64,000 bases of DNA from a virus (taxonomy: Duplodnaviria > Heunggongvirae > Uroviricota > Caudoviricetes). The position numbers and the translations under genes are program-made. Position 1 is the first letter of the stretch, and every line of letters begins with the position of its first letter. The stretch is taken from the IMG/VR virus record IMGVR_UViG_3300050581_000202. One strand, 5' to 3'. Positions 1 to 7,919 of the stretch are shown here, in pieces. The notes under the pieces are model-generated. The model was not told the origin of the DNA and did no database searches. It saw only the letters and a program-made list of their open reading frames with translations.

Positions 1-254
1 GCCGGCATGTCGAAGTCGTAGCCTTCGGGCACCTCGTAGTCGTCGGGCGGAAATTGCTTTTCCCACCCTATGGACAACTCGGCCGCGATCTCGCTACGGG
101 CGGCCCGGTAGTTGGCCACGTAGTTCATGCGGGTCCACAGTTCCCTGCTGGGCAGTTGCCGGTCTTCCACCATGCTGTGAAACTCCGGCCAGAACTTGGG
201 GTGAATCTCATGGCGCTTGAGGATGGCGTTCAGATTGGGCACTAGCGTTCTCAT
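1..254 (-). CDS. hypothetical protein, 5' part (gene continues past the window start)
   Basis: The ORF track omits this because it has no stop within the window. Minus-strand translation from ATG at 252-254 gives MRTLVPNLNAILKRHEIHPKFWPEFHSMVEDRQLPSRELWTRMNYVANYRAARSEIAAELSIGWEKQFPPDDYEVPEGYDFDMP with no stop to position 1. A GGGAG RBS sits 7 nt upstream. Amino-acid composition is protein-like. Confidence 0.45.
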   Translation of the reverse strand, partial: MRTLVPNLNAILKRHEIHPKFWPEFHSMVEDRQLPSRELWTRMNYVANYRAARSEIAAELSIGWEKQFPPDDYEVPEGYDFDMP

Positions 255-570
255 GGGTGACTCCCAATGTCGGTTGGTGTTGCCTCTCCGCTGGGAGATC
301 GCAAAACGCCCGTGAATCTGGAGTGGGATTTCGGTTGCCGACGAGTTTTTCCAAGGCACGATAGAGTAAGTCCCACGCGAGCAGCCGCTTTCGCGGGAAA
401 CCGGCGATGGTTCCGCTTCTCCACTTGCGGCCGGCGGCATCGCACAGTTCGATGCGGTAGCTGCCCTGGGTGGGACTGCCGGTGCCGGTGTTGACGATCT
501 TGCCGGTGGCGATGACCTTGGCACGGGACTCGACGCCCCAGGGCACTAGCTCGATGGTGATGCGGAGCAT
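208..570 (-). CDS. hypothetical protein, possible small beta-barrel protein
   Basis: ORF 208..588. The likely start is the ATG at 568-570 (MLRITIELVPWG...), which overlaps the upstream stop as TGATG. Composition is protein-like for ~75 aa. The 3' third reads through conserved element copy 1, so the true C-terminus is uncertain. Confidence 0.35.
   Translation of the reverse strand: MLRITIELVPWGVESRAKVIATGKIVNTGTGSPTQGSYRIELCDAAGRKWRSGTIAGFPRKRLLAWDLLYRALEKLVGNRNPTPDSRAFCDLPAERQHQPTLGVTHENASAQSERHPQAP
284..325 (-). repeat. conserved ~42-bp intergenic element, copy 1
   Basis: CTCTCCGCTGGGAGATCG-N13-AATCTGGAGTG. About 29 nt upstream (on the minus strand) of the ATG at 254. Confidence 0.8.
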
Positions 571-809
571 CAGTAGCACTCCGGCCACGGTTCACCGTCT
601 TCGGGGTGGTGTTCTCCAGGCGTGCCGTGCCACGCCTCGCCATCTCCGCAGCAGTCGCACGCGGAAACGTCGTGGCAGGAATTGGCCGCGATCCAATCGA
701 GGATGATCTGGTGGTCGCCGGCTTCGTCGAAACGGTTCATTGTCTTGTCGTCCACCTGATGGAGGTTGAGAAAGCCGGTGCCGTCGCAGCGGGTGCAATG
801 GACGCTCAT
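570..809 (-). CDS. small Cys-rich zinc-finger protein (DnaJ-type CxxCxGxG motif)
   Basis: Internal Met of ORF 570..1046 gives MSVHCTRCDGTGFLNL...CDCCGDGEAWHG (79 aa). Its ATG at 807-809 overlaps the methylase stop (ATGA). The annotated N-terminal 80 aa of the long ORF are Arg/Pro-rich junk. Confidence 0.5.
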   Translation of the reverse strand: MSVHCTRCDGTGFLNLHQVDDKTMNRFDEAGDHQIILDWIAANSCHDVSACDCCGDGEAWHGTPGEHHPEDGEPWPECY

Positions 810-1558
810 TCGACCTCCCACAAGGCGCGATGGATGTACTCCGACCGCTTCATGCCGTGCTCTTCGACGATCTTGTCGCAGTAGCCCCGGTCGATCTCGA
901 TCAGGGTGCAGGGGTAGCCCAGCGGCCGGCAAACGCGGAGCGTCGTGCCCGTGCCGCCGAAGGGGTCTAGGACTGACTCGCCTTCTGGCGTGGTGAACTT
1001 CACGCACCGCTCGACCAATCCCTCGTTGAGTTGCGTCGGGTGCCAAGGGCGGCGTTGCTTGCTGTTGCCCACAACCCGCGTGAAATCGAACACGTCGCCG
1101 GGCACGCGGCCGCGCGGGTCAGCCCGCTTGTCGCCGTTCTCCTGCCGCCAACTTGGCACGCGGATCGCATCGGGACGCAGCGGGGCGTCAAGCCACCGCA
1201 GCCGCCAGAGCGGCCGGTGGTTGTTTCCCAGATCGTGGTGGCAATGCTGCCCGAAGGTGAAGGTCTGGACGCAGGGCTTGGCTTCCAAGCCGCTGTTCCG
1301 CCGGACGATCTCGGCCACGATGCGCCCGACCTCGAAGGTCCACTTCGCGTTGAAACTGAACCAAACGGTCTTGGCCCTGTGGACGAACAGATGCAGCCAG
1401 GTCTCCAGCAGGTTCACGTACTGGTGATCGGGCAGCTTGTCCTTGTAGGTTTCGTAGCCCAGGCCGATGTTGTCCGGCGGGTCCGCGAAGATCGTGGTCC
1501 ACGTCTGGCGGTTGCCGTTGAGGTAGTCGAGACAGTCGGCGTTAATCAGGGTGTGCAT
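806..1558 (-). CDS. DNA methyltransferase (N6-adenine/N4-cytosine, beta-class; motif IV then motif I)
   Basis: IFADPPDNIG (DPPY-type motif IV) near the N-terminus and DPFGGTGTT (FxGxG SAM-binding motif I) near the C-terminus. Confidence 0.85.
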   Translation of the reverse strand: MHTLINADCLDYLNGNRQTWTTIFADPPDNIGLGYETYKDKLPDHQYVNLLETWLHLFVHRAKTVWFSFNAKWTFEVGRIVAEIVRRNSGLEAKPCVQTFTFGQHCHHDLGNNHRPLWRLRWLDAPLRPDAIRVPSWRQENGDKRADPRGRVPGDVFDFTRVVGNSKQRRPWHPTQLNEGLVERCVKFTTPEGESVLDPFGGTGTTLRVCRPLGYPCTLIEIDRGYCDKIVEEHGMKRSEYIHRALWEVE

Positions 1559-1599
1559 GGATCAATGGCCTCGATGCTTGTCGTGGCAGACGAAAATCC

Positions 1600-1848
1600 T
1601 CACGGCCGTCTCCGCTTCACAACGACGTAGGTGCCCAGCCAGCCGCCAACGATGTAGGCCACCACGGCGGCAAAGCACTTCTCGACGATCAGGACCGTGG
1701 AGACGATGGTGCAGAGGTAGAGCAGAGCGCTCAGGTTCGCGGCCGTTACTGGCCGTCGTTGTGTCACGGCGGCGATGCACATGGCCCAGATCAGGTCCAT
1801 GAGGAAGCCGCAGATGAACGCCAGTCCAATCACCGCCAACCACGGCAT
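1600..1848 (-). CDS. small membrane protein (2-3 TM helices)
   Basis: 82 aa, strongly hydrophobic (LAVIGLAFICGFLMDLIWAMCIAAV..., VAYIVGGWLGTYVVV) with a basic C-terminus. Confidence 0.4.
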   Translation of the reverse strand: MPWLAVIGLAFICGFLMDLIWAMCIAAVTQRRPVTAANLSALLYLCTIVSTVLIVEKCFAAVVAYIVGGWLGTYVVVKRRRP

Positions 1849-1851
1849 ACA

Positions 1852-2001
1852 TCACTCCGCCAGTTCGCCCGACATGCTGCGGCACACCGGGCACTCAAGG
1901 TTCGATAGCTCACCGTCCGCCGGCACCACAGCCACCCACGTATGCGAACACACCCGGCAGCACGCGAGCCCGCTAATCCAGCCTTCGTGTCCGTCGTCCA
2001 T
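1852..2001 (-). CDS. small zinc-ribbon protein
   Basis: Internal Met of ORF 1852..2205: MDDGHEGWISGLACCRVCSHTWVAVVPADGELSNLECPVCRSMSGELAE (CxxC...CxxC). Its start overlaps the upstream stop as TAATG. The upstream part of the long ORF is Arg/Pro-rich. Confidence 0.4.
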   Translation of the reverse strand: MDDGHEGWISGLACCRVCSHTWVAVVPADGELSNLECPVCRSMSGELAE

Positions 2002-2288
2002 TACTTGCCCTTCGCGTAGCGTTCGAGGCAGTCGAGGATGAGCCAGCCGAGTTGCGCGAGGAAGCTGCCGGCACAGCCGGCTGCGAACACGATACAGGGC
2101 CGGTAGCTCAGCAGAGTCAGTCCCAAGGCAAGGCCGCACCAGAAGCCGGCGCACTGGTAGCAGTCCATGACGCGGGCCACTACGGGCAGGCGCGGCTTGA
2201 TCCATTCGTAGACCGGCCCACTGATCTCGCCGTCCACGATGATGTGGGTCATGCCCACGACGCCGAGGATGAAAAGCAAGGCGTTCAT
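2001..2288 (-). CDS. membrane protein (2 TM, Cys-containing)
   Basis: C-terminal 95 aa of ORF 2001..2891 starting MNALLFILGVVGMTHIIV... The hydrophobic segments are protein-like, and the ATG at 2286-2288 overlaps the stop of the upstream gene (ATGA). The N-terminal 200 aa of the long ORF are Arg-rich junk. Confidence 0.45.
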   Translation of the reverse strand: MNALLFILGVVGMTHIIVDGEISGPVYEWIKPRLPVVARVMDCYQCAGFWCGLALGLTLLSYRPCIVFAAGCAGSFLAQLGWLILDCLERYAKGK

Positions 2289-2545
2289 TGCGGCTCCACG
2301 TCGATTGCGTCCGCCGGCACCGGTTCCACGGCTCTCTCCTGGCGATTCAAGGAAAGCGTGATGGTCGGGATCAGGTCGCCGGAGAGCAATTTGTCGCCGT
2401 CCCTGACGTATTCGAGGTTGACGGCACAGCCGTCGATCCCGGATTTGTCCGCCACCTGCGCCAGCTTGGCGAAGGCATCGGCCACCTGCTCGCCGCTCAT
2501 AGCCGATGTCTTGATTCGGTCCAGTAGAAACAGTGGAATGGGCAC
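2285..2545 (-). CDS. hypothetical protein
   Basis: 86-aa ORF with balanced composition (MPIPLFLLDRIKTSAMSGEQVADAFAKLAQV...) in the operon context. Confidence 0.3.
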   Translation of the reverse strand: MPIPLFLLDRIKTSAMSGEQVADAFAKLAQVADKSGIDGCAVNLEYVRDGDKLLSGDLIPTITLSLNRQERAVEPVPADAIDVEPQ

Positions 2546-2548
2546 GGC

Positions 2549-3553
2549 TTAGTGAACGAACTTGGGACGGGTGACATCGTTGAACCAGTCGTCCAGGGCC
2601 GAGCCGCTGGACACCAGGCCCACGGACATTTCTTCTAGGACGGCGCAGCGGGCATCGCTGTCCTCCCGGCTGAGGCTGGAGAAGACGTGACCGCCGGTAA
2701 TGGCCTGCCAGCAGGTTGCCACCTTCGCGGCGAGCTTCTGCTGATAGTCGGCCTTGACCCGGCCGCGATGGCGGGCGTAGCGGAGCGTGGGCGGATTGCC
2801 CTCGCCCATGAACTTGGCGCACAACTCTTCGATCCCGAGCACGACATTCTCGTCGCCGATTTTCTCGCCCAAGAGCCAGCCGTAGAGGCAAAGCTGGTCA
2901 GCATATTCGTCGTTGCAGAACTCCATGTAGCCGGAATTGATTGTCAGGCCCCGGAAGTCCATCGCCTTGTACATGGCGTGCTCCTTGCCTTGGCTCCGGC
3001 TGGGCTTGTCCGAACGGAAGCCGTCCAGGCAGATCGCGTAGCCCTTCGACGGGCTGGCCCCGTACTTGGAGCAATAGCCCCGGACCTTCCAGTCGAAGAC
3101 GCATGAAACGCGGCCTTGGCCGAGGTCCAGAACGAAGCGGCAATCGGGCTTGCCGGTGAAGGGAACGCCTTCGATCAGGCCGTCCACCTTGAACTCGAAT
3201 CGCGGCGGCTCGATCGACTTGCGAAGCACGTCGAGCAGGTCGTCGTAGGCCCCCGCCAGCTTGTATGCCTTGAAGACCCGCTTGCCCGCCGTTAAGGCGA
3301 AGTCGCGGTTGTGCGGCTCCACCTGGCTCTCGAAGATCGCGCCGAACTCGAATTGGGCCGGCATGTCGCGGCCGAAAAGAGCGTGAGCCAGCATCGACTT
3401 GACATAGGCATCGAAGGCACTGCCCACAGCGGCCGGCTGCTCTTGCGGCAGGCGAGGCGCGGGGTGGTCGGCCAGATAGCGGATGTAGAATTCGTCCTGG
3501 TCCTTGTACCAGAGCGACATGGACGAATAGCTGAGGGACTTGGGGACTCGCAT
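2549..3553 (-). CDS. putative PD-(D/E)xK family nuclease (RecB/Cas4-like N-terminus)
   Basis: 334 aa. The N-terminal SLSYSSMSLWYKDQDEFY resembles the RecB-family exonuclease N-terminal motif, and internal D/E-x-K candidates are present (DWKVRG, DFRGL). Confidence 0.45.
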   Translation of the reverse strand: MRVPKSLSYSSMSLWYKDQDEFYIRYLADHPAPRLPQEQPAAVGSAFDAYVKSMLAHALFGRDMPAQFEFGAIFESQVEPHNRDFALTAGKRVFKAYKLAGAYDDLLDVLRKSIEPPRFEFKVDGLIEGVPFTGKPDCRFVLDLGQGRVSCVFDWKVRGYCSKYGASPSKGYAICLDGFRSDKPSRSQGKEHAMYKAMDFRGLTINSGYMEFCNDEYADQLCLYGWLLGEKIGDENVVLGIEELCAKFMGEGNPPTLRYARHRGRVKADYQQKLAAKVATCWQAITGGHVFSSLSREDSDARCAVLEEMSVGLVSSGSALDDWFNDVTRPKFVH

Positions 3554-3560
3554 GTCAGGC

Positions 3561-3776
3561 TCATGCTTGTTTGCCGAACGGAATCTGGTGCCAGACCCGT
3601 TCGTGGTAATAGAAGAGGATCAGCTTCACGATGAAGCAGATCAGCGTGAACACCGCACAGCCGCCCAGGTTGCCGAACGTGGCGTAGGCTAGGGCAAAGC
3701 AAACAAGATTAGAGAAGGTTTCCCAGGAGACGGCCTTGACGAAGGACCGCGTGGGCGTGCTCGGATCAGGCCGCAT
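3561..3776 (-). CDS. small membrane protein
   Basis: Internal Met of ORF 3561..3902: MRPDPSTP...FSNLVCFALAYATFGNLGGCAVFTLICFIVKLILFYY (71 aa, 2 TM). Confidence 0.3.
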   Translation of the reverse strand: MRPDPSTPTRSFVKAVSWETFSNLVCFALAYATFGNLGGCAVFTLICFIVKLILFYYHERVWHQIPFGKQA

Positions 3777-4827
3777 GGTAGTTGTCTCCGAGCAATTCAC
3801 GCCCAACCTTGTCACGAACGTGGCGTGCTTCATCAAGCGTCGGGTAGCGGCCCAAGCGATGCTTGACTCCGCAGAACATGATCTCCGGGTGATACCAACC
3901 ATCTTTGACCCAAATGCCTTTCACGCCGCTGGTGTTGTTCGACTGCTTCCCTCGGTTGTGCAAGTTGACGGCTCGCTCTGTGACGCGCAGGTTATCGCGG
4001 GTGTTGTTGAGCGGGTTGCGGTCGATATGATCGACTTGCACGGTCTCCGGGTCATACGGCAGGTTCATACGCACGACGACATCTTGGTGCATGTATCGCG
4101 TCATGCTTCGACCGGCGATTCTCACTTTGCGTTGGGCTCGCCACTTGTCGCTTCCTTGACCTCGCTGTCGTGCGTTGTTTTGCGGAGCGGCTGACCAGTT
4201 CCAACGGCTTAGGTAGGCATGGTCTTCCGGGCTAATAGAAGCGGTCAGGCCGTTCGAGATTGGTATGGTCCGTTTCCCGTATAGGGTGCCGTAGTCTAAA
4301 AACCGCCAGCGGTTGTAGGTATCAATAGGCGGCGGATCGGAAGCAACGTGCCGGACGTAGGCAATCACTTCGTCCCAAGTGCTGAACACATGCTGATGCG
4401 GCAGCGTCCCCCAGTACCAATCGGGTAGTGCGGCTTTGCCTTGTTCCATGTGGACGAGGATCGGCACCTTGCGGCGGTTGAGCAGCGCGATTTCCTCGTG
4501 TGTCCCAGTGGAGTAGACGTTCTTGTCAAGGTGAACGATGGCAAAATCACAGAGATCAGCGAGGCGCAAGTCGATGCAGCGGATCAACCGCATTTCGCGG
4601 GAAATTGTCTCGAAATCACCGCGTTTCTTCTGTTCGAGCCGACGTTGATGGTTTTCCAAGTCTTCACAGGCATAACCGGCTTGCATCGGCTTGGCACAGG
4701 GGTCCAAGAAGATCAGGTCCAGGTCGCGGAGCCGCTCCTTGATTTCATTGCGCCAGCCCGTGCCGAAGTCACTGGCGTTGTCGATAGGCCCAGACAAGTA
4801 GACGCGGTTGTAGAAGAGGCGATTCAC
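3766..4827 (-). CDS. nucleoside 2-deoxyribosyltransferase-like domain fused in frame to an HNH (HNH_3) endonuclease with a C-terminal AP2 domain
   Basis: The likely start is GTG at 4825-4827 overlapping the deoC stop (GTGA); the next ATG is at 4867-4869. N-domain: VYLSGPIDNA...GWRNEIKERL...DLIFLDP...DLCDFAIVHLDKNVYSTGTHEEIALLNRRKVPILV, a Rossmann-like NDT/DUF4406 pattern. C-domain: VQVDHIDRNPLNNTRDNLRV (HNH) followed by SGVKGIWVKDGWYHPEI...GRYPTLDEARHVRDKV (AP2). No stop and no Met lie between the domains. Confidence 0.6.
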   Translation of the reverse strand: MNRLFYNRVYLSGPIDNASDFGTGWRNEIKERLRDLDLIFLDPCAKPMQAGYACEDLENHQRRLEQKKRGDFETISREMRLIRCIDLRLADLCDFAIVHLDKNVYSTGTHEEIALLNRRKVPILVHMEQGKAALPDWYWGTLPHQHVFSTWDEVIAYVRHVASDPPPIDTYNRWRFLDYGTLYGKRTIPISNGLTASISPEDHAYLSRWNWSAAPQNNARQRGQGSDKWRAQRKVRIAGRSMTRYMHQDVVVRMNLPYDPETVQVDHIDRNPLNNTRDNLRVTERAVNLHNRGKQSNNTSGVKGIWVKDGWYHPEIMFCGVKHRLGRYPTLDEARHVRDKVGRELLGDNYHAA

Positions 4828-5472
4828 GGCAGCAACTCCTGGTAGCGGGACGAGCCGAGTCGAGTGCATCCCAGGTCCAAGTAGCGAGCGGCATCGGAAT
4901 AGGTCTTGATGCCGCCGCTGGCCTTGACTTGGGCCTCGCCATCGACGGCTACCAACATGGTCTTGACGGCTTCGGGCGTAGCCCCTCCGGGTCCGAAGCC
5001 GGTCGATGTCTTCACGAAGTCCACGCCACTCTTGACACACAGGCGGCAGGCTTCGTGGATTTGGTCCGGCGTGTAGTAGCACGCCTCCAAGATCGCCTTG
5101 ACCAACACGCCGCGCGGCCGGGCGGCCTTGACGATTGCGGCGATGTCCCAGAAGGCATCGTGTCGGCCGCTCTCAAGAAACCGGCCATAGTTGGCCACCA
5201 CGTCCAATTCCTTCGCTCCATAGTCCATCGCTGCTACGGCCTCGGCGTATTTGGCCTCGGGCAGCGTGTTTCCGTGAGGAAAGGCAATGACGGCGCACAC
5301 GTTGCCGTACAGGTCGCTCGCCATCGGCACCCAAGCCGGGGCAATGCAGACCGACTTGATCTGCCAGGCGACGGCCAGGGCACAAGCGGCTCGCACGTCG
5401 GCGGCCGTGGCGGTCGGCTTCAACACGGCCAAGTCCAGGGCAGCGGCAATCTGTTCGCGGGTGTAGCTCATA
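4824..5472 (-). CDS. deoC: deoxyribose-phosphate aldolase
   Basis: Start MSYTREQIAAALDLAVLKPTAT. DeoC signatures are SVCIAPAWV, ELDVVANYG, VKAILEACYYT, DFVKTSTGFGPGGAT and KASGGIKT. The upstream 50 aa of ORF 4824..5630 are Arg/Gly-rich junk. Confidence 0.8.
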
Positions 5473-5992
5473 GGCAGATCGAACCTTCCACTTCGTTGCC
5501 GAAGGCGTCCCAGCCGGGTCGGCGGGTGCGGGCGAACATTTCCAGGTAAGGGCCGGGAGACACCGACTCCACGAGCCGGTAGAACTCCTCGGGCTTCTCG
5601 CTGTGACGGCCTCGCGGCCAAGTGAACCATGTTCCGCCTGTCGGGCCGAAAGGATTGCCGTGGCGTGGCCCCTTGCGGCAGACCAGGACGTGCTCGCTAT
5701 TGCACTGAAAGCGGCCCACGCCCAGGCCGGGCTTGGCCCATGTAAGCATGTTCCACGGCTCGAAGTCCCAGGCCCGCGCCACCTCGTAGCCCCAATCGAC
5801 GTGCTGGTTCACCACCCACAGCCACAAATGGGCTTGCTTGGCGGCCGGCACCTTCAGGCTGCAAATGTCCCGCACGCTCATGGTCCGGTACTGCCGTTGC
5901 GGCGCGGCCTTGAAGGACGGGTGCCCCGCGTTGAGCGCCGGCGTCCAGGGCGGATCGGCGATGATCGTGCGGTAGTTACCGGCGGACGGCAT
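5468..5992 (-). CDS. MT-A70 family N6-adenine DNA methyltransferase
   Basis: IIADPPW (DPPW catalytic motif), HLWLWV, SEHVLVCRKG and HSEKPEE, which is the typical MT-A70 motif order. Confidence 0.8.
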   Translation of the reverse strand: MPSAGNYRTIIADPPWTPALNAGHPSFKAAPQRQYRTMSVRDICSLKVPAAKQAHLWLWVVNQHVDWGYEVARAWDFEPWNMLTWAKPGLGVGRFQCNSEHVLVCRKGPRHGNPFGPTGGTWFTWPRGRHSEKPEEFYRLVESVSPGPYLEMFARTRRPGWDAFGNEVEGSICL

Positions 5993-6476
5993 TACTTAGC
6001 TCTTGGAGTTTCTTCTCGCGGGCGTTGATATGGCTGTGGCCGAAGTAGGGCCAGTAGTCGTGCAGGGCTTCGTGCGCCAGCACAATGGCGGTTTCCTCGG
6101 GCGCGAAGTCGATCAACAGGCAAGTGTCGAGGGTCACGCCCGGACACCAGGGACAGTTGCAGCCGATGACCTTGCCTGCCCCGCCAGCGTTAATCACCGG
6201 CCCGGTCAGCGGCATGAACATCACGTCCCACGCGCCAACCTTGTGGTAGCGCCGAATCGTGTAATCCAAGACGCCTCGCAGATCGGGGTCGTCGCAGAAG
6301 GCCCGCATCAGCTTCAGGTGGGCGATGGAGCGGTCGAGATACCTCTGCTCGCCGCTGTGGTCGCCACTCAGGCTGTAGTACATGCCGCCAATGATCGGGA
6401 TGCTGAGTTGCACGACGAGCGAGTAGATCGCTACCCGCAGCGTCAGGCTTACCCAGTGGCGGAGTCGCAGTTTCAT
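5976..6476 (-). CDS. membrane-anchored putative zinc metallopeptidase (HExxH)
   Basis: An N-terminal TM (LTLRVAIYSLVVQLSIPIIGG) plus LAHEALHDYW (HExxH) and additional His/Cys residues. Confidence 0.45.
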   Translation of the reverse strand: MKLRLRHWVSLTLRVAIYSLVVQLSIPIIGGMYYSLSGDHSGEQRYLDRSIAHLKLMRAFCDDPDLRGVLDYTIRRYHKVGAWDVMFMPLTGPVINAGGAGKVIGCNCPWCPGVTLDTCLLIDFAPEETAIVLAHEALHDYWPYFGHSHINAREKKLQELSNAVRR

Positions 6477-6642
6477 CGGCGCGCAGTGCGAAACAGTTGA
6501 TGGTTGATAGCAAAGTGACTGGCTACTCTTTCACGTAGCCTTCGCGTTCGGCCCGGCCTTCTAGCTCGCCGGTGCCGAAGACCTCAGCCGGGTTGTAGGT
6601 TTCCCGGACGAAACCGAGAATGTTCCGTTCCGAGTACACCCA

Positions 6643-6789
6643 TCAGAACACTCCCTTCGCCTTGGCGACGATCGCCCCGATGAAGCAGATGCCGCAGACC
6701 GTGATAACGGCCACGACCGGCGGGCACGTCATGGTCACGACCACAGCACCGGCCAAGAGCGAAATCACGAGGGTCACGAGTCCGGCCAT
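6643..6789 (-). CDS. small membrane protein (48 aa)
   Basis: Not in the ORF track. Minus-strand ATG at 6787-6789 gives MAGLVTLVISLLAGAVVVTMTCPPVVAVITVCGICFIGAIVAKAKGVF*. It is strongly hydrophobic and fits exactly between the flanking genes. Confidence 0.3.
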   Translation of the reverse strand: MAGLVTLVISLLAGAVVVTMTCPPVVAVITVCGICFIGAIVAKAKGVF

Positions 6790-6790
6790 G

Positions 6791-7813
6791 TTATTCACCC
6801 TTCAAGCGTTTGATGGTTTGCAGATAGTGGCTCTCGCAGTTGCGGCAGTCCCGGCAGTAGGCCGAGTCGATGCTGCTGCACATGCTCACCAGCCGATTGC
6901 CGGCGTAACGGGACATGACCCAGCGCATGAACTCCTTGGTCGGACACCAGTAGGAATTGATGTGCCGCACGCGCCACTGGTAGCACTCGCCCTTGAAAAG
7001 CAGGTCGGCGGGCACCTGTGGCTCGTGGTCGTAGTAGGCCATGAAGGTAATCACCACCGGCACCTGGGCGGCGGTCCAGGCAGCCACCGCCTGATCCACC
7101 AGCCGCAGATTGGTTGCCGACGTGCGAAGGCGCACGAACATCAGGTTGGCGGCCGGCGAGTGCCAGTCGTCGCAGTGACGGTTCGGCATGGCGTAGCTGC
7201 CCTCTTGCTCCTCCTTGGGATTGGCCGTGAGCACGACGGGGCCGGGGAAATCGAAGCGGGGGATCGACGTGTTGAAGAAATAGCGCCGATACCGCTTGGC
7301 GGCCTCGATCACCAGGTCGCGTTGGTTGTTGCTGTCGTTGCCGCAATTCATCCGCACGATGCCGTCGCCCACGTCTTCGGGCGTCGGGACGTGTGGGCGG
7401 TCGATGGGCACGTAGTAGGCCCCCGGCCGATTGTAGAAACACTGGTTGCAGCCGATGGGGCATGGCCCGACCTGGGGAATGCAGTCGAAGAACGGCGTGC
7501 CTTCCTGTTTCGGGTTGCGTTTGAGTGCCGAGGGTCTCGCTGGCTTGCGCCGTGGGCCGGAATTGACTGAGGTGATCTCGTAGCAGGAGTCCGAGCGGTT
7601 GACGACCTTGTAGTCGCACTTGCCTTCCAGCCGAAGCTGCCGAAGGATACGATCCGGGGAGGCGGGGGCAATCTGTGTTCGGGCGGTGATGTAGTCATGC
7701 AAATCCTGGATGTAGAAACGCGGCTGCGCAGCCTGCCAGCGGTCTTGCACGAACCTTTCCACCAGATCGCCGATGTTGGCTTGGACACGCGATAGCTCTG
7801 CGGCTTGACTCAT
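6791..7813 (-). CDS. Fe-S protein with radical-SAM-like CxxxCxxC motif and a C-terminal Cys cluster
   Basis: 340 aa. Contains GPCPIGCNQCFYN (C-x3-C-x2-C) and a C-terminal CSSIDSAYCRDCRNCESHY (C-x7-C-x2-C-x2-C). The N-terminal ~110 aa are basic. Confidence 0.45.
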   Translation of the reverse strand: MSQAAELSRVQANIGDLVERFVQDRWQAAQPRFYIQDLHDYITARTQIAPASPDRILRQLRLEGKCDYKVVNRSDSCYEITSVNSGPRRKPARPSALKRNPKQEGTPFFDCIPQVGPCPIGCNQCFYNRPGAYYVPIDRPHVPTPEDVGDGIVRMNCGNDSNNQRDLVIEAAKRYRRYFFNTSIPRFDFPGPVVLTANPKEEQEGSYAMPNRHCDDWHSPAANLMFVRLRTSATNLRLVDQAVAAWTAAQVPVVITFMAYYDHEPQVPADLLFKGECYQWRVRHINSYWCPTKEFMRWVMSRYAGNRLVSMCSSIDSAYCRDCRNCESHYLQTIKRLKGE

Positions 7814-7919
7814 GGTGCGAACCTCAGTGGTCGGATCACTCCCTCAGAAATTGGCGAACAGGGCTTGCAGAAAGACGCCTTGCCGCCGTACTGGCGATAG
7901 GTTGTCGTGGGCGTTGCGG

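Noticed and set aside
3766-5630. N-terminal extensions of ORFs 3766..5082, 4824..5630, 7920..9200, 9859..10704, 11090..11668, 2001..2891, 50583..51278 and 57523..59409.
   Set aside because: The upstream portions overlap neighbouring genes and are Arg/Gly/Pro/Ala-rich. Internal ATG or GTG starts with RBS or stop-start overlaps give sensible proteins, so the gene starts were trimmed.
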